Assembly (NCBI RefSeq): GCF_001194135.2
Contig: NC_069002.1
Location: 23,678,698-23,742,697 of the forward strand
Length of the DNA stretch: 64,000 bases
Origin: Octopus bimaculoides
Lineage: Eukaryota
Direction of reading: 5' to 3'
This document shows, one piece after another, positions 62,790-64,000 of the stretch. The notes beneath the pieces were generated by a model, which did not search any database, was not told where the DNA came from, and worked only from the letters and a program-made list of their open reading frames with translations. Numbering within the stretch: the first letter of the stretch is position 1; each line of letters begins with the position of its first letter. The position numbers and the translations under genes were made by a program.

Positions 62790-63490
62790 ACATCTGGTTG
62801 TGCTTCCAACCACTAGGTGATGGGTTCAGTCCCACTGCATGGCCCCTTGGGCAAGTATCTTTATTATAGCCTCAGGCTGATCAAAATCTTTAGAGTGAAT
62901 TTGGTAGATGGAAACTGAAAGAAGCCCATCATAAACGTACATATATATATATGTATGTACATTATTTACATTATTTACATTTGACAGATATTTGTCCTCA
63001 TCTTGTTTGTTGTTAACACAACGTTTCAGCTGATATACCCTCCAGCCTTTATCAGGTATCTTGGAGAAATTCCGAACCTGGGTTCTCATTCCTAAGGTAT
63101 TTTTTGATGATATCATTATTGTTATTATTATTATTATTATTATTATCATTATTATTATTATTCGGGTCACTGCCTGGAATTGAACTTGGAATCTTGGGGT
63201 TAGTAGCCCACACTCTTGACCACTACACCATATGTCCATGCATATGCCATATGCCCATGTAAATAATGTACATAATTCGTCCTCTCTTAAATATATGTAC
63301 GTGTTTGTATGTGTACGTATGTGTCTGTATTTGTTCCTCCACCTGTGCTTGACAACTGGTGTTGGTGTAGTTACATCCTTGAAACTTAGTGGTTCAGCAA
63401 AGTAAACTGATAGAATAAGTACTGGGGTCAATTCATTCGACTAAAGCCCTCTAGGGCAGTGCCACAGCATGGCCACCGTCAAATGACTGA
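62790..63490 (+). mobile_element. SINE family 1 copy interrupted by a family A element
   Basis: The head half at 62790-62935 and the tail half at about 63310-63505 flank the insertion. Confidence 0.75.
62957..63232 (-). mobile_element. Family A tRNA-headed, hammerhead-containing SINE-like element, near full length
   Basis: Minus strand reads TGGTGTAGTGG (A box), AGTTCAATTCC (B box), (AAT)n, body, then GATAC-CTGATAA-A-GGCTG...CAGCT-GAAACGTT-GTGTT. An inverted tail fragment lies at 63257-63294. The element is nested in the microsatellite of another SINE. Confidence 0.78.
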
Positions 63491-64000
63491 AACAAGTAAG
63501 AGATAAGATATAAGAACCACAATGAGGTCATAGCACAAGTCTCTTCTTTGGCGCTGAGTCTTGTGATGTATAAAATGTTTTTATTGATATTTGAACATAA
63601 AAAGATTTCATTTTAAATGAGGAAAAACCTGCTAAATATTAAATATTTCAATATTTCTTCAGAAATTGAAAGCAAATAATGAAACCCCATTTAGGTAAAA
63701 ATTGCCAATTTTTTTTAAAGTCTTTTATGGCATTATTTGTAGGCAAATAAGACAGGAAAATGGTAATATTCAATATTTCTAAAGCTTTTACTGTGTCAGA
63801 AATAATTAATTATGTTTGCGTGGCCTTAATTAAAGTTCAAAAGAAAAACTTATTGAGCTTGACTCGTAGTTTGTCCTAAAAATGGTTTCACTGAAGAATC
63901 TGTTGGGGGAGTGGGGGAGTGTTTGACTAAAAGAAGAGCTGATGAGAAAATGTGGCTGGGAAGTATCAAGGACCTATATATATATATATATATATATATA

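Overview
AT-rich, repeat-dense animal genomic DNA from a draft assembly with many N gaps. The SINE repertoire and microsatellite density suggest an octopus or other cephalopod (inference). Only one protein-coding exon is securely recognisable: 54359-54479 (+), encoding the catalytic CX5RT motif of a SAC-domain phosphoinositide phosphatase, best matching INPP5F/Sac2. Most of the window is therefore probably intronic. The rest is SINEs, RTE and RLE-type LINE fragments, Tc1/mariner and piggyBac-like relics, microsatellites and several long fold-back palindromes. The most notable signal is about nine minimal hammerhead-ribozyme-like motifs from three unrelated short repeat families, one of them with a tRNA-derived Pol III head. 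In two of these families the longer copy is repeatedly joined at its 5' end to an inverted 3' fragment, as in Penelope-like elements, and a decayed Penelope-type GIY-YIG endonuclease is also present. A few weak splice-site patterns hint at an antisense transcript. No CRISPR arrays, rRNA or true tRNA genes were seen. Long ORFs in the supplied track that cross N runs or microsatellites are artefacts. Repeat boundaries are approximate unless termini are quoted.
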